The position numbers and the translations under genes were made by a program. From positions 72,480,001 through 72,544,000 of the forward strand of contig CM052816.1 of the NCBI GenBank assembly GCA_028534125.1: a stretch of 64,000 bases of DNA. The letters are read 5' to 3'. How positions within the stretch are numbered: the first letter of the stretch is position 1; every line of letters begins with the position of its first letter. The stretch is from Lama glama (lineage: Eukaryota). Positions 12,627 to 24,776 of the stretch are shown here, one piece after another. The notes beneath the pieces are model-generated. The model was not told the origin of the DNA. It made no database searches and worked only from the letters and a program-made list of their open reading frames with translations.

Positions 12627-12696
12627 ATGTATGTGTGTGTGTATGTGTGTGTATATATGTGTGTGTGTGTGTATATATATATATATTTTTTTTTTT
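12627..12696. repeat. Compound (TG)n/(TA)n/Tn microsatellite
   Basis: Read directly. Confidence 0.95.
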
Positions 12697-13791
12697 CTTG
12701 TTTGAAATGATTCCCTCAGGTTAAAAATTGGACCTTCATTTAAGATTCAGTAAACAATGTGGTTTATATTATTTTGGATCAATGGTTAGCTTTGGTTATA
12801 ATTTCTGATAATGGTTACTCTTGACTTAAATATATGTGTTAAGTCCTTCAATTACTATTATATAGGGCCAAACAAACTGAGTTGGCATATTTGGGGTGCA
12901 GAATACCTCAATTGGTTAAAGAAGAGAGAACAATTCATCTAATTGAGGATGGTATGGAAGGATCTCTTAGAAGAAATGGTACATCATGTTTGATCAATCA
13001 TTATAAGCGGCAGTGATAAAACATACCATGTGTGAGAGAAATAGAAGGTCCAAAATGGAATCTTGAGCAATGTTTATAAATAGAAAATTGGAAGAGGAAA
13101 AGAAGGAAGAAAGGATGACTAGGAAGAGAAGAAATCAAAGAGGTGAGAGGAGAACTAGGCATTTCAGATCCTCCAGTTATTGAACCATTGCTCTGCTGCC
13201 AGGTTCTCTACTCTGGGAACACAGGGGCGAGGCCACACCTCTAAAGCATTCACAGTCCAATGGGGAGACTTAACTGGATGTCTCTCCCATAATTGGACAT
13301 TATTAGGTTGAAAAAAATCCTGAACACTTTTAAAAGAAGGGAGTAAAGAGCCAGAGAATAAGGAAACAATTGTAATATGTTGAAAAGTGAGTTATTTAAT
13401 CCAGATATTTATTAGTACATAGACAAGTAAAACCTGGCTATTTTGTTGAATTCTTTTTGTTTATAATTCACTTTACTATATACAAGCAGAAAAAACCTTT
13501 AATTGACTACTTTGGGCATCTCTCCTCTGTTTCTGCTTGCTCCATGTTCTCAGCCCACAGCAGTTCCTTAAATATTTGATGCTGTGAAAGTTCTATGCAG
13601 ACTGCTGGACTGATTGTACTAGCTTAAGTAACCTTTGAAATTTTGCCATTCAGTGGAGCATGAGGCCATGAAAAATGGCAAGCTGGGAACTATTGGTGAG
13701 TTACATAGGTCAGAACTACTTATGACTACATTTTCTTCTATAATAAAGTACTTTCTTGCTATACAAACTTGTTGCCACATATAACTTGATT

Positions 13792-13911
13792 CTTTAAAAT
13801 TTTATTTTATTGAGTTATAGTCAGTTTACAATGTTGTGTCAATTTCTAGTGCAGAGTACAATTTTTTAGTTATACATGAACATACATATATTCATTGTCA
13901 CATTCTCACTT
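13792..13911 (-). mobile_element. Young L1 3' tail (120 bp) with perfect 13-bp TSD
   Basis: TSD 'atataacttgatt' at 13779-13791 and 13912-13924; reverse-complement homologue of 15462-15667. Confidence 0.9.
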
Positions 13912-15461
13912 ATATAACTTGATTTAAGACAAAACTCCATTAGCTGAATATCTGCATTTAGTTGACAGAATAATTCAAGTTAAAAACTTATTGCAGAATG
14001 AGCTTTCATCCATAAAACACTCCAGATTATTTTCTTCCTCTGAATAGTAATTAATGAAATGTAGAGAAAGCTTAAATACATCATCAAAAGAATATCACAT
14101 GCATTTAATATACATTAGCAAAGATTTTATGGGTAAGAATTTTTCTCCTCTTTCCATGTGAGGTCCTTAACATTTTTAGCTTCTCTAATTTTCATTGGGC
14201 AACCCTTGTAGTGGCAAAAGTTACATGCTGGTTGGAGCAGACCTCATTGTTGCTTTTAAGAGTGTTTGTTCTTAGGCACTGAAGACAAGGCTGTAGGCAT
14301 CTGACCTATGGCATTATTGGGCTCTCAGTGTAGGACTCACACTCAAATCCCTCCTGGTCCAATGCCTCACCTGTGACTTAAAATATATATTGTTTCTTAC
14401 TAATGTAATCTGTATGTCTCCTTTATTATCTTGGGGTTATTAATTAATATCACATCTACCTTAGTAATTAAGTTAGCAACCCTGAACTTCCCAACCCATG
14501 TCTTGAAATATCTTCCTTCTTTTATCAGCATCAGTCTAGTAAACTAATGCTGTCACTGTCTTCTAAAATGTGTGATTTGGTGACAGAGTCATGAGGTCTA
14601 ATTGAGATGCAACTTCATTTTAGGATGCAGGAGAAAAGGGAAGACCCTTTCTCCTATTGTTATGCTCTTCTGTGGCCTCACATGCCACCCTGATACTACA
14701 TACTTCAACTCCTTGGTTCTGAGCTCTTTCCTGAAACAGTTCCTTCCATTTACACACACAGGCAACACTTAGATGGGTTAGAGTGGCTGGAACAGGAAGA
14801 ATTTTTATTGTACGTAAACCAGCCTTCTCTAGTGACATATTTGATCTTGCTATGGAGTCTGAATCACTTGTTTGGAATCCCCTCACCTGTGAAGAATTTA
14901 CCTTCTACAGCTGCTTTTCTGCTATGGCCTTAGATCAGGTCACTTCAGTTTATCAGAAATATTTCATATTTCATTTGAAGATGTGATAGTCTGACATGTC
15001 ATTTTATTTGTTTCCTCCCAGGATATTTCTTGGTTTCCTATGTAAATATTTTTATATCTCTTAGCAGTTTTTAATAGCTTCTTTGATAAAAATACAAGTA
15101 TAATAAAACAAATCAGAAACAGAAACAACAAAAGAAAAGAAGAAAATATTGAAACTCTATCCCAGCTGGCATGCAGTGCTGTGGAAACACAGTATTTGGA
15201 ATTGCAACTTCATTGGGGAGTATAGTAAGACTTTGTGTGGTTTTTTAAACATTAAGTCAGTAAGCAAAAATGTCCAGTTCACAGAACAATTTAATTTTTA
15301 ACAATACAATCGTGATAGCAGAATAAATCATATTCCTAAAAGAAAGAAAAATATGTGAAACACGTTACAAGTTTCAGGAACCTACTCTCATGATCTGCCT
15401 TTTGTGGACTTAGTATAACATAGGAAAGAAAAAAATGTAAAACTTAAAAAAGTTACTTTGT

Positions 15462-15667
15462 CTGGGACTTCAAAATTGTAGAATAGATAAACAAGATTAT
15501 ACTGTATAGCACAGGGAAATATATACAAGATCTTATGGTACCTCACAGAGAAAAAAATGTGACAATGAATATATATATATGTTCATGTATAACTGAAAAA
15601 TTGTGCTCTACACTGGAATTTGACACAACATTGTAAAATGATTATAAATCAATAAAAAATGTTTAAA
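15462..15667 (+). mobile_element. Young L1 3' tail (about 205 bp) with perfect 16-bp TSD
   Basis: TSD 'aaaaaagttactttgt' at 15446-15461 and 15668-15683; TT/AAAA endonuclease site; AATAAA followed by an A tail. Confidence 0.92.
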
Positions 15668-15821
15668 AAAAAAGTTACTTTGTTAATATCACAATGCATA
15701 CTTGAATTATTGGAACAAGGTGATAGGTACTTCCAGCCTAACTTTGACCAATGTTTATGTAAATCCCAAACCACTTCTTCCATGGGAACGTTTTACTTTC
15801 TTCTCTCCTCAGACCAGAATA

Positions 15822-15990
15822 TTATAAAGGGTAAGAGCAGAAACTGTGGGCCCAGACAGCTGGATTTAAATCCCACCTCCACTACTTATTTATTAAGAGG
15901 CCTCGGGCAAGTTAAACTCAGTTTGCCAATCTATAAAATAGGAATAATAAGTTTATCTATTTCAGGAACGTTAAATAAGATATTTCAGCA
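15822..15990 (+). mobile_element. MIR SINE
   Basis: MIR core 'ctcgggcaagttaaactcagtttgccaatctataaaataggaataata'. Confidence 0.8.
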
Positions 15991-16910
15991 CTACAAATCA
16001 TAACTGAGTGGACTTGTTTAATAAAGACATGCTCTGTAATTGTTGTTTCTCACAGTTTTTACTGCTAAACTACATAGGAAAATATAAACCACTTCTGACT
16101 CTACGTCCTCCTTACTCCTGTCCAATGCCAAGTCCCTACCCTCCTCATCAGAATCAATACAGTATGTCAGGTAAAAATGGCACTTCTTCAGAGTAATGCA
16201 ATCTGCAAATATATTTAATTACTCATAAGTCATGATTCATATCAAAGCTTAATGTGACACTTGCTAGCAGAGAAACTTAATCAATTTATCATTTGAAATG
16301 TGTTTATCTTTTGAAATGAAGGGCAGAGTTCATCTTATAAAATACTGAGAAAATTATATTAAGTAATGGACTTAAGAAGTCAACAATTGGAACAGGATCG
16401 AGGACTCCTGATTCATGGCCCCTTCATTCAACTTTCAAATAATGTTTTGCCTTATGTCTTTAACTTTAACTTCATAAAGATTCTTTGTGGTTTTGTTTTC
16501 TGTATAGATATGTAGCCCCAAGTTTGATTATCTAATTAATCTGTAAATGAAACTATAAAGATAATTATATTAATTTAAAGAGGAAGAACCACTTTAATTT
16601 CACCAGGTGCTACAAAGCTTTCACAAGGATTGGAAACACCTGGCATTTGGCATCTATTAGGTCAGGATACTCTTCCACATATCCCTTCCTGTCAAAGAGC
16701 TTGTATTTTTACTAAATATGTACTTGGCCTTGGATGAATGCAGTTAACTGATCCTAAAATATAGTAATTCAGGTTCTTCAAGAGGTATTTGATGAACATA
16801 AAATAAGCATATTTGGAAGTTACCTCATTTTCAGAACTAATGAAATTAATATTGATATTGTTATGGTAACCCCTCTTGGTCAATTGTGCACAGTGTTCTG
16901 GGCACTGTAT

Positions 16911-17280
16911 GTCTTAGTTTGGGTTCCTGGGAAGTAGCCTTGAGATGAGGATCCTTCTGCCAGTGATTTATTGAGAAAGGGCTCCTAGATGAATTCATTA
17001 AGGGAATGGGGTAAGCAGGGGGGAAAAGTGGAAGGAAGACAATGTGGATGCGATTTAGGCAAGCTCTATGGAGGCTAGGATCAGCCTGATCCTACAGGAG
17101 CAGCTTGGAGAGAAGGTTTATGCCTCAGGTGTATCCTGATTTTCTATTTTCTATGAGGGAGCTGGCACCAGTCAGCTGTTGATTAAAGATCTTTGTGAGA
17201 CAAATGTAAACTCCCAGGCTTTCCACACTTTTACTCTGCAAGGAAGCCCCAGCAGCCCGTGGGCAGTTCTCCACTGTCGG
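16911..17280 (-). mobile_element. ERVL solo LTR (LTR33-family-like)
   Basis: 'tgtcttagtttgggttcctgggaagtagccttgagatgagg...gatttattgag...cagcctgatcctacagg'. Confidence 0.7.
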
Positions 17281-17859
17281 GGGAGGGGTGCATAAAGAGG
17301 ATTATCTCTGTTCTTTGTGTGAGCTGAACATTAACATACAAAGCTTAGTTGAAGAAACTGAAGAAATTTGGCAAACTGTTAAAAGTGACACAATAATAAA
17401 AGTTAGAGGTTGAATTTGAATAATTTTTAATTCTTCACAATGATAATCTGTCTCAGATTCACAATGAATTTATTCAAGACACTAAAATAAATGTGGTTTT
17501 GAAATGCCTCAAACTTTTATAGAGTAGGGGAGAAAGTGGTAATATATGACTTAATACATATTATTCTTGACAAAGCATTTTCAGAGATGCTATATCCAGT
17601 TTTTAATACTTCTGAATAAAATAACATCAGATTACTATAGTTAATTGTGTGGAAATTGCCATGAGAAGAATTTCAGAAGAACTTTCTGAAGTTTCAGTAT
17701 TGGTTTAAGTTAGCAATCACTTTTTTATATGATGTGAAATCATTTACTGAAATATAGTGGGGCCTGGACCTACTATTAGACATTAACTATCTGAGGTTAA
17801 AGGGCAAGTGTCCCATTTAAAATAAAAATCTCCTGGGTGGGGTGCTCTTGCTTTAGAGT

Positions 17860-18052
17860 TTACAACGAATTTTCATGAGCAGTATCTTGCTTATTTCCCA
17901 TACTGTTCCTCGGCTGTAGTCATTTTTTTTTATTATTATTGTTACCTTGTTCATGAGAAAGTTTAGGATCAAAAAGGTTAAGAAAAATTTTCATGTCACC
18001 TAGCTAATTAGATTCATGATCCGAGCCCAGTATTTTGACCCAAGAGCACCAT
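17860..18052 (-). mobile_element. MIR SINE
   Basis: 'aaaaaggttaag...atgtcacctagctaattag...gagcccag...tgacccaagagc'. Confidence 0.65.
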
Positions 18053-18184
18053 AGGACACTTCTGCATTGTGGACCAATACTGTGAAATGCACTGTATATC
18101 TGCTATGTTCAGTATGCCACCTTCACATGCCTAGTATCAGAAATTAACAAATCATCCACATTAAGCTGGATGTGTGTGTGTATA

Positions 18185-18325
18185 GGGGGCGGATTATGGG
18201 CCCAGTTAAGGATCTGATGAAAGCCAATGATTCTCTCTCACAAGAAAAATTCCTATATACATCAATTTTCATATATAATTTGAGTTGATTTTGTAACATC
18301 TGAATCCCCAGATTGATAACCTTGT
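18185..18325. mobile_element. hAT-Charlie MITE (MER117-like)
   Basis: 'gatctgatgaaagccaatgattctctctcacaagaaaaat...ccccagattgataaccttg'. Confidence 0.55.
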
Positions 18326-18667
18326 TTTAGAAAAGTCTTCAAGTTTTAGTATCTAAGAGTAGGATGAATGTAAGACAAGGGCTTGAGGAGACTTAACCAC
18401 ATGGTCTACATGTGAGAAACCTGGAGTTCAGGACAGAGGGAAGGAGGTATAGAAAGTGGTAGTAAGTTACAAAGTTTCATTATCATGTTCATCTGTGTTC
18501 CCAGATGTCTCTGAATATTCTGTCACTCAATTTTGAGGATGAACTGGTCATGATCTACCTACTCCAGGTTAATATCTTGATTTCCCCAATAGGTAGAGTC
18601 TCTGTATTCTGATTACAGTCTCTGTAAACACTCCCCTTTACCTCCCCTACTCATCACTAGGACCATA

Positions 18668-19345
18668 GGTATCAGTTAATGTTCCAGTAAAAAAACAACA
18701 GCATGCTCACATGAAAATAACTTCAAGAATTATTTTATTAAAAAACTATTTACAAAGATTTGTGTAGGCTACAGAAGATGTACAGAGAATAATGCGGTAA
18801 GTACCCTAAGGCTGATAACAGTGGGGCTATTACTGACATATCTTAGCAGAGGGTGGAGTTGTTACTAGAAAATGGAAGCAAAGAGTTGTGTAAAAATAAT
18901 TGTCCCACTTCTTTTCCAATTTGGATTGCTTTTATTGCTGTGGCTAGGACTCCCAAAACTATGTTGAATAGAAGTGGCAAGAAAGGGGATCCTTATCCTG
19001 TTCCTGATCTTAGAGGAAATGCTTTCAGTTTTTCACCATTATGATGTTAGCTGTGGGTTTGTCATATAGGGCCTTTATTATATTGAGGTATTAATCCCTC
19101 TATGCAAAGAGGATTGTCCTAAAAATAGCTATGACTTTGGTCCAGGGACACTGTCAGCCTGAGATAATCACTCACAGGATCTAGGGGAATAAATACTTCC
19201 CTCTCCTAGACCCCTCTGATTGTTCATGGGCTCCCCATGGTCCAGCCAAACCCAGTATCAAGTGTTAGGGAATCCCCTGCTATGATTCAGTCAGGTCATT
19301 CTCCCAACAGAAAGCAACTTAAGCAAACAGAAAATATCCAGCAAA
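18668..19345 (-). mobile_element. ERVL LTR (LTR67B-like) interrupted by an L1 fragment
   Basis: 'actatttacaaagatttgtgtagg', 'ggggaataaatac' and terminal 'gcaaacagaaaatatccagca'. Confidence 0.7.
18906..19105 (-). mobile_element. Internal L1 ORF2 fragment lacking a 3' end
   Basis: 'ctgtggctaggactcccaaaactatgttgaatagaagtgg...gttcctgatcttagaggaaatgctttcagtttttcaccatt'; degenerate 14-bp flanking duplication. Confidence 0.85.
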
Positions 19346-19439
19346 GAAAGCAAGAAAGCATGTACATACACACAGAGAGAAACACACACACCACTCCTCT
19401 TACCTCAGTCAAGTCCTGGGTATCATCTAATTGAGGCAG

Positions 19440-19702
19440 AATTCAAATTGCTCCTCTTTATGAAGTGTTTTCTAATGCTCTGACCCATACCAGATCTAAA
19501 GCGGGTCTTATTCTTTGAAAAGGCATGCTACTTTGAGCTAAATCACTACTCTGGCACTTTATCTGTTTTGCACCTTACTTAAGGAATTGTTTGTCTTCAG
19601 TTTTATCTTTTTTTAAATTAGTTTAGGAGTGTCTTAAATGGAGAGGCTATATCTGATACAGTTTTGACTCTTTCCCAGCACCTCAATAAATGTTTGAGTG
19701 AT
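19440..19702 (+). mobile_element. L2 3' end
   Basis: Ends with the L2 tail 'cccagcacctcaataaatgtttgagtga'. Confidence 0.6.
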
Positions 19703-21264
19703 TAGACTGAAGGCTCTGAGAATTTAGTTTTGCCTATCTTAAAGTGGGGTATAATTACCAGTAATTTTTCTCTTAAAGCATACATCTCATCTTTTTTTTT
19801 GCTTTAAGCTTAACAGACTAAAAAGCATTTTATCTAGGTTGTTTGGATACTAATGTTTTCTTCTATGCTGTATGAAAAGACTCTGTAATGCCTTTCAGAC
19901 AATTTATTCAACCTTTTAATTTTCTCAAGTATGGAAGACATAGCCAGATGCATTCTAATTTTGATTTACTTACTCTACCCAAATAAGATTAACATAATGC
20001 TTTTTCATATATTAATTTATTTTTCATTCATGTAATACGTACTTTGAGATGAGATACACATATAGAGTTATGATCAAAGATGGAAACCATTAATTGATTA
20101 TATAGGGAACAGCGCATTAAGTGAGATCAGAAAGGGAACGTTAACTTCTTGAAGGAGGCATGCAGAAAGGTTTTCTTGATGATTGTGCTGAGGAGTGTGC
20201 TGACAGAAGCATTTTGAGGTGGCTTTGACTTAATGCAAGCATCAGGAGGAGTGAACGAGGTGATCTACATCTTTCTGCCTTTGCTGATACCAACTTTTTA
20301 CTCTTATTATATGCTTATTTACTTTCTGCACCCCAGATCCATAGATTATTAGATTTAGAAGGGATCTGATCAGTGGTAAAAGTGATACCCAGGGAACAGA
20401 ATTGGCTCAAGAATAAACAGCCAATTCTATTCTAGTTTTGTTTAGAGACCCGATCTTTTGCCTCCCAGACCAGAGTTCATGTTGCCCACACTCTTTTTTT
20501 TCTGGAAATATCTAGTTAACCTCAGAAAGCTGATGAGAAGGGTGCTAAAAGCATTTGAAGCTAGAGAGGAATAGAAGGAGTAAATATTTCAGAGCTGACA
20601 TGAATAAATCTACAGTCCTGCCTGGTTTCTTAATACAAAGTATGATCTGTGCAGATTCCAAAAGCAGTGATTCTGATAGAACTATAAATCACAATAAAAG
20701 ATTCATTTTTCTACCCTGGAAGTGTGTTTGAAACTTCTTGTAGGTTGAGAATCCGAAATCTAGAGACTATAAATGAAGAGTAAGACTTAGAGTTGAGTGG
20801 ACAAGCCAAATATTTTTAAGAAGAAATGAAAAAGAACATATAGAGGAGGTGAGACAGAGAAGCATAAAATATGTGACTTAGCATTGCTCTTAGATGGGAA
20901 ATGAAGTTCCATATATGACAGGGCTTTGCCAAGTGCTGAAACATTGTCTTACTTCCTGAAGTGACTAAAGATAAAAAGTAATGAAATTATTCATTCCATA
21001 AAGTCCATACTGTAACTAACTGGAATGATAGGTTAATGTTTATAAAAGTGGGAAAGGAAGCTATATATAATATAGGGATCTATACTTTTTAAAAATTTTC
21101 CTTCATTTATAACAGAAAGCAGAGCTCTCTCTTTCATTAAATCATTGGAATAGCTTTTACTGAAAATTGAAATGGCATTTAACAATATCCTAATGCTCTA
21201 TAATACAGATTTGTAAGGTGAGGGGAATAGTTGATTCAGGAAGCTCTTGTCTTCCTTATAAAAT

Positions 21265-21385
21265 TTTTGACAGTCCATACATTATTCAGATTTCTTAGTT
21301 TTTACCTAATGTCCTTTTTTTCTGTTCGAGGATCCACACCAGGATATCACATTACATTTAATCTTCGTATCACCTTGGGATCCTG
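21265..21385 (-). mobile_element. L1MD-like 3' UTR fragment
   Basis: 'cagatttcttagtttttacctaatgtcc...caggatatcacattacattta'; homologous to 27820-27900. Confidence 0.75.
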
Positions 21386-22491
21386 TTCTTGCTTTTATTA
21401 TTGCTTAGCATAAAATTCTTCTCTGTTGCTTAAATTATTCTCAAATGTTCTTAACTGGAGTAAGGAAGATAAACATAGATAAAAAGTGTGAAGATCAGGG
21501 TGAGAAGAATGAAACTACTTATATTTTATATTTGTATTACATCTGCCTCACTAATTCTGTGCCTTGGCTTTCGCTTCCTGGTATTTTTAATATGAATTGA
21601 ATTTACAGATTGATTTCAGTTTAGGGATGCATTACCATCTTGAAACATAAGAAATCACATGTTAGGAGGCTGTACGTGTGAGCCAGGAAGTCCCAAATGA
21701 GAGCCTCTCGATCTGTGTCATGAAAATGCAACTTAACAACATTCATGCCTTTCACTGAATCTGCCAATTACATTTTAGCCTGTGGGCTCATTTAAAAGCA
21801 TCACAGGAAAACAGACAGCTCTTGCCAACTTAGCTAACAAGACGGAATTAATAGCACTTTAAAAAAACATAATTGTAACTCAATGTTCAAAGCAAGGATA
21901 TGTTAAGGGAACCATAGAATTAAGTGAGGGGGATACTTTAATAGAATTCATTACTTTAGGCACATCTAGAACCAATCTAGTATTGCTTGGAATATGTACA
22001 GCTATATTATATGTGTATAATACATACACATAATATATCCATGTATATTTAATGTATACTGTATATGAATGATTTTCCAAGGCTCTGGTGAAGAAGTGAA
22101 CACAAAGATGAATTAGACATGATCTCCATCTTTAAGGATCTCACAATGTACTAGGAGCACCATACATGTGTTCACAAATAGGACAAGCAACATTGTGAAA
22201 GGAAGTTCTGCGTGTGAACTGAGTATGAAAATGGGCATTCCCAATGCTCTGAATTAGGTACTCTGATGAGAAGTCTAGTCCTAAATTCTACCCCAGCCCA
22301 GCACTGAGATCAGAAGAATGAGGCAGGATGGAAGAACCAAAAGGCAGCCTGCAAGTAAGGGGTATTTTAAAGTCACAATATATTGCCTGTAAGGAATGAA
22401 TCTTGCTTCTTTCATAGGTATCAGACCAATAGGTATCTACTAAACATTCTTGATGCCTACAGAGCCTGTTAGCTTCACAATGCAAATGGTA

Positions 22492-22522
22492 AAACAAACA
22501 AACAAACAAACAAACAAACAAA
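22492..22522. repeat. (AAAC)n microsatellite
   Basis: Read directly. Confidence 0.95.
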
Positions 22523-24007
22523 AACCAGTGCTTATGTAGGAGGGCAAAGATATGTTTCTTGGTCTCTTGGTTAGACATATTCCTCATTTTTAGTTGTGGT
22601 TGACCTTGTAATAGAACCAATTAGCGAATGAGTGGCCCAGTTAGGAACAGCTCCCATTCCTTTCTGTCGAATGTCTGCTTAAATTTCCCTATTAGACCCT
22701 ACTAGAGTTGACAACGAAAAGACTCTGAAGAGTAAGTCACAATGTTAGTCTCTTTGCAGTGATAGTGAAATACAGGATTTTAGTATCTTTGAACTCTGAG
22801 TTAATGTATATGTACATCTCCTGAAAACAACAAATTTTGGTGAACTCCAGACAGCATTGGACTATGTAAAAAATGCCATATGCCACAGCCTAGGGCAACA
22901 GTGGAGCCAGGAAGTGTGTAGAATTACATCAGAGAAGCCTTCTCTCACTGGAGAAAGCACTGATGCTCACCCCATTTGTTTACTTTCTTTACAGCTCATT
23001 GAATCTCTGCAGGAAGATGAAGTGAAGTAGGGGTGAAAGCTGAAGCATATTTGCATACAATCTGGGTTGATTTTCTTTATGTAAACATGGCTAACATTGT
23101 TGCAGCTTTATTTAAAATAGTTTCTTTTGTAAATGTAAAATAATAGGATTGAAGGCACCGGTCCACCATTGGTTTTTATTTTCATGTAGGAAGGAAAAGA
23201 AAACAACCAGAGGATATCTGTTTATTCTTAAGTTCTCACAAAACATAAATTCCACAGAATAAGTGCAGGACAATCAAAGTGCTCAGATATAAATATGAGG
23301 TCCATGGAGCTCATTCAGAAAAAACTTCAGCTTAGTATGAAACTGAATGTCAGGATAAGGTTTACCATTAGGAACATTCACTAAAGGATCCTTCCTTCAC
23401 GTTAGGAACCTTACAGTAAATTCTTCCTACAGTTCATTTCATCTTCCTACAAAACACTTTAATACTATTTTATGAAGCTTGCGTGGCCCTTTAAGAGTAC
23501 AGAATGGTGTTAATAACCACGACTACTAGTAAGAGAGATAAGATGTCACTGATACAAGGCAGGGGAAGAAGAGTAAGGAAGCAGGTGAGGAATGAATGAA
23601 CAGGGGAGAAAACGATACTTAACAGTTAGCAGATCCATGATTCAGGTACCAGTCTATAGCACCAATGGCCCATGAAACAAATACTACTCATTTTGGTGCT
23701 TAAAACTAAACCCTCACAAGTAATAAGTACACATTAAAACTTCATAGAAAGGATTAATATACTTCTCCCTGGCAAATATTTGTAACAAATCCTTCTGATT
23801 TAAGAGTAGGGCTCTAGTGTGAGCTCATGCAAACAATAACAACAGGTAAAATTGGAAAATGACATGAACAGACATCTATAATGTTTTTACTTTTTAATGT
23901 AATTTTTCATTCTATTGACAAATATTTAATTGAATAAATAGAAATTTTCTGGGTATGTTGCTCAGCACTGTGAGTGTGGAGGTGACCATGATGGGTTTCT
24001 TATTCTT

Positions 24008-24483
24008 TTTTTTTTTTAAGTCTTTTTCTTTTTCTTTTTTTATTGAAGTATAGTCCGTTTATAATGTTTGTTAATTTCTGGTATATAGCATACTGATTCC
24101 ACTACATATATGGTATTCTCCTTCACATTCTCCCCCATTATGGGCTATTACAAGGCATTAAATATAGTTCCCTGTGTTATACAGTAGGACTTTGTCATTT
24201 ATCCATTTAATATATAGTAATTACGATCTTTAAATCCCAAGCTCCCAGTCTATCCCGCCACTCCCCTTTCCCCCCTGTAACCACAGTTTTGTTTTCTATG
24301 TCTTTGAGTCTGTTTCTGTTTTGTAAATAAGTCTGTTTGTCTTATTTTTTAAAATTCCATATAAATGTGATATCTTATGACATTTTTTTTTCTCTTTCTG
24401 GCTTACTTCACTTAGTATTATTATCTCCGGGTCCATCTATGTTGCTGCAAATGGCATCATTTTATTCTTTTTTATGACTGAGT

Positions 24484-24519
<36 letters not shown>

Positions 24520-24776
24520 AACACACACATATACATACGTACCGCATCTTCTTTATCCAGTCGTCTGTCAATGAATATTTAGGTTGCTTCCATGTCTTGA
24601 CTATTATAAATAGTGCTGCTGTGAACATTGGGGTGCATATGTCTTCTTCAATTAGAATTTCCTCCAGATGTATGCCCAGGACTGGTATAGCTGGATCATA
24701 TGATAAGTCTATTTTTATTTTTAAAGGAATCTCCATACTGTTTTCTGTAATGGCTGCACCAAACTACATAAAGTGA
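24008..24776 (-). mobile_element. Young 5'-truncated L1 inserted into an L2 3' end, with perfect 14-bp TSD
   Basis: Poly(T) start; ORF 24437-24736 (YDPAIPVLGI...CTPMFTAALFIIVKTWKQPK) is L1 ORF2; TSD 'ggtttcttattctt' at 23994-24007 and 24777-24790. Confidence 0.95.

Noticed and set aside
20174..20210. TGATGA...CTGA with short terminal stem (C/D snoRNA-like)
   Set aside because: Far too short for a C/D snoRNA and no recognisable guide.
22996..23031. Acceptor followed by LIESLQEDEVK-stop as a terminal coding exon
   Set aside because: Only 11 codons, unrecognised, with no supported upstream coding exon.
24437..24776. Overlapping 99- and 100-aa ORFs
   Set aside because: L1 ORF2 remnant plus a microsatellite.
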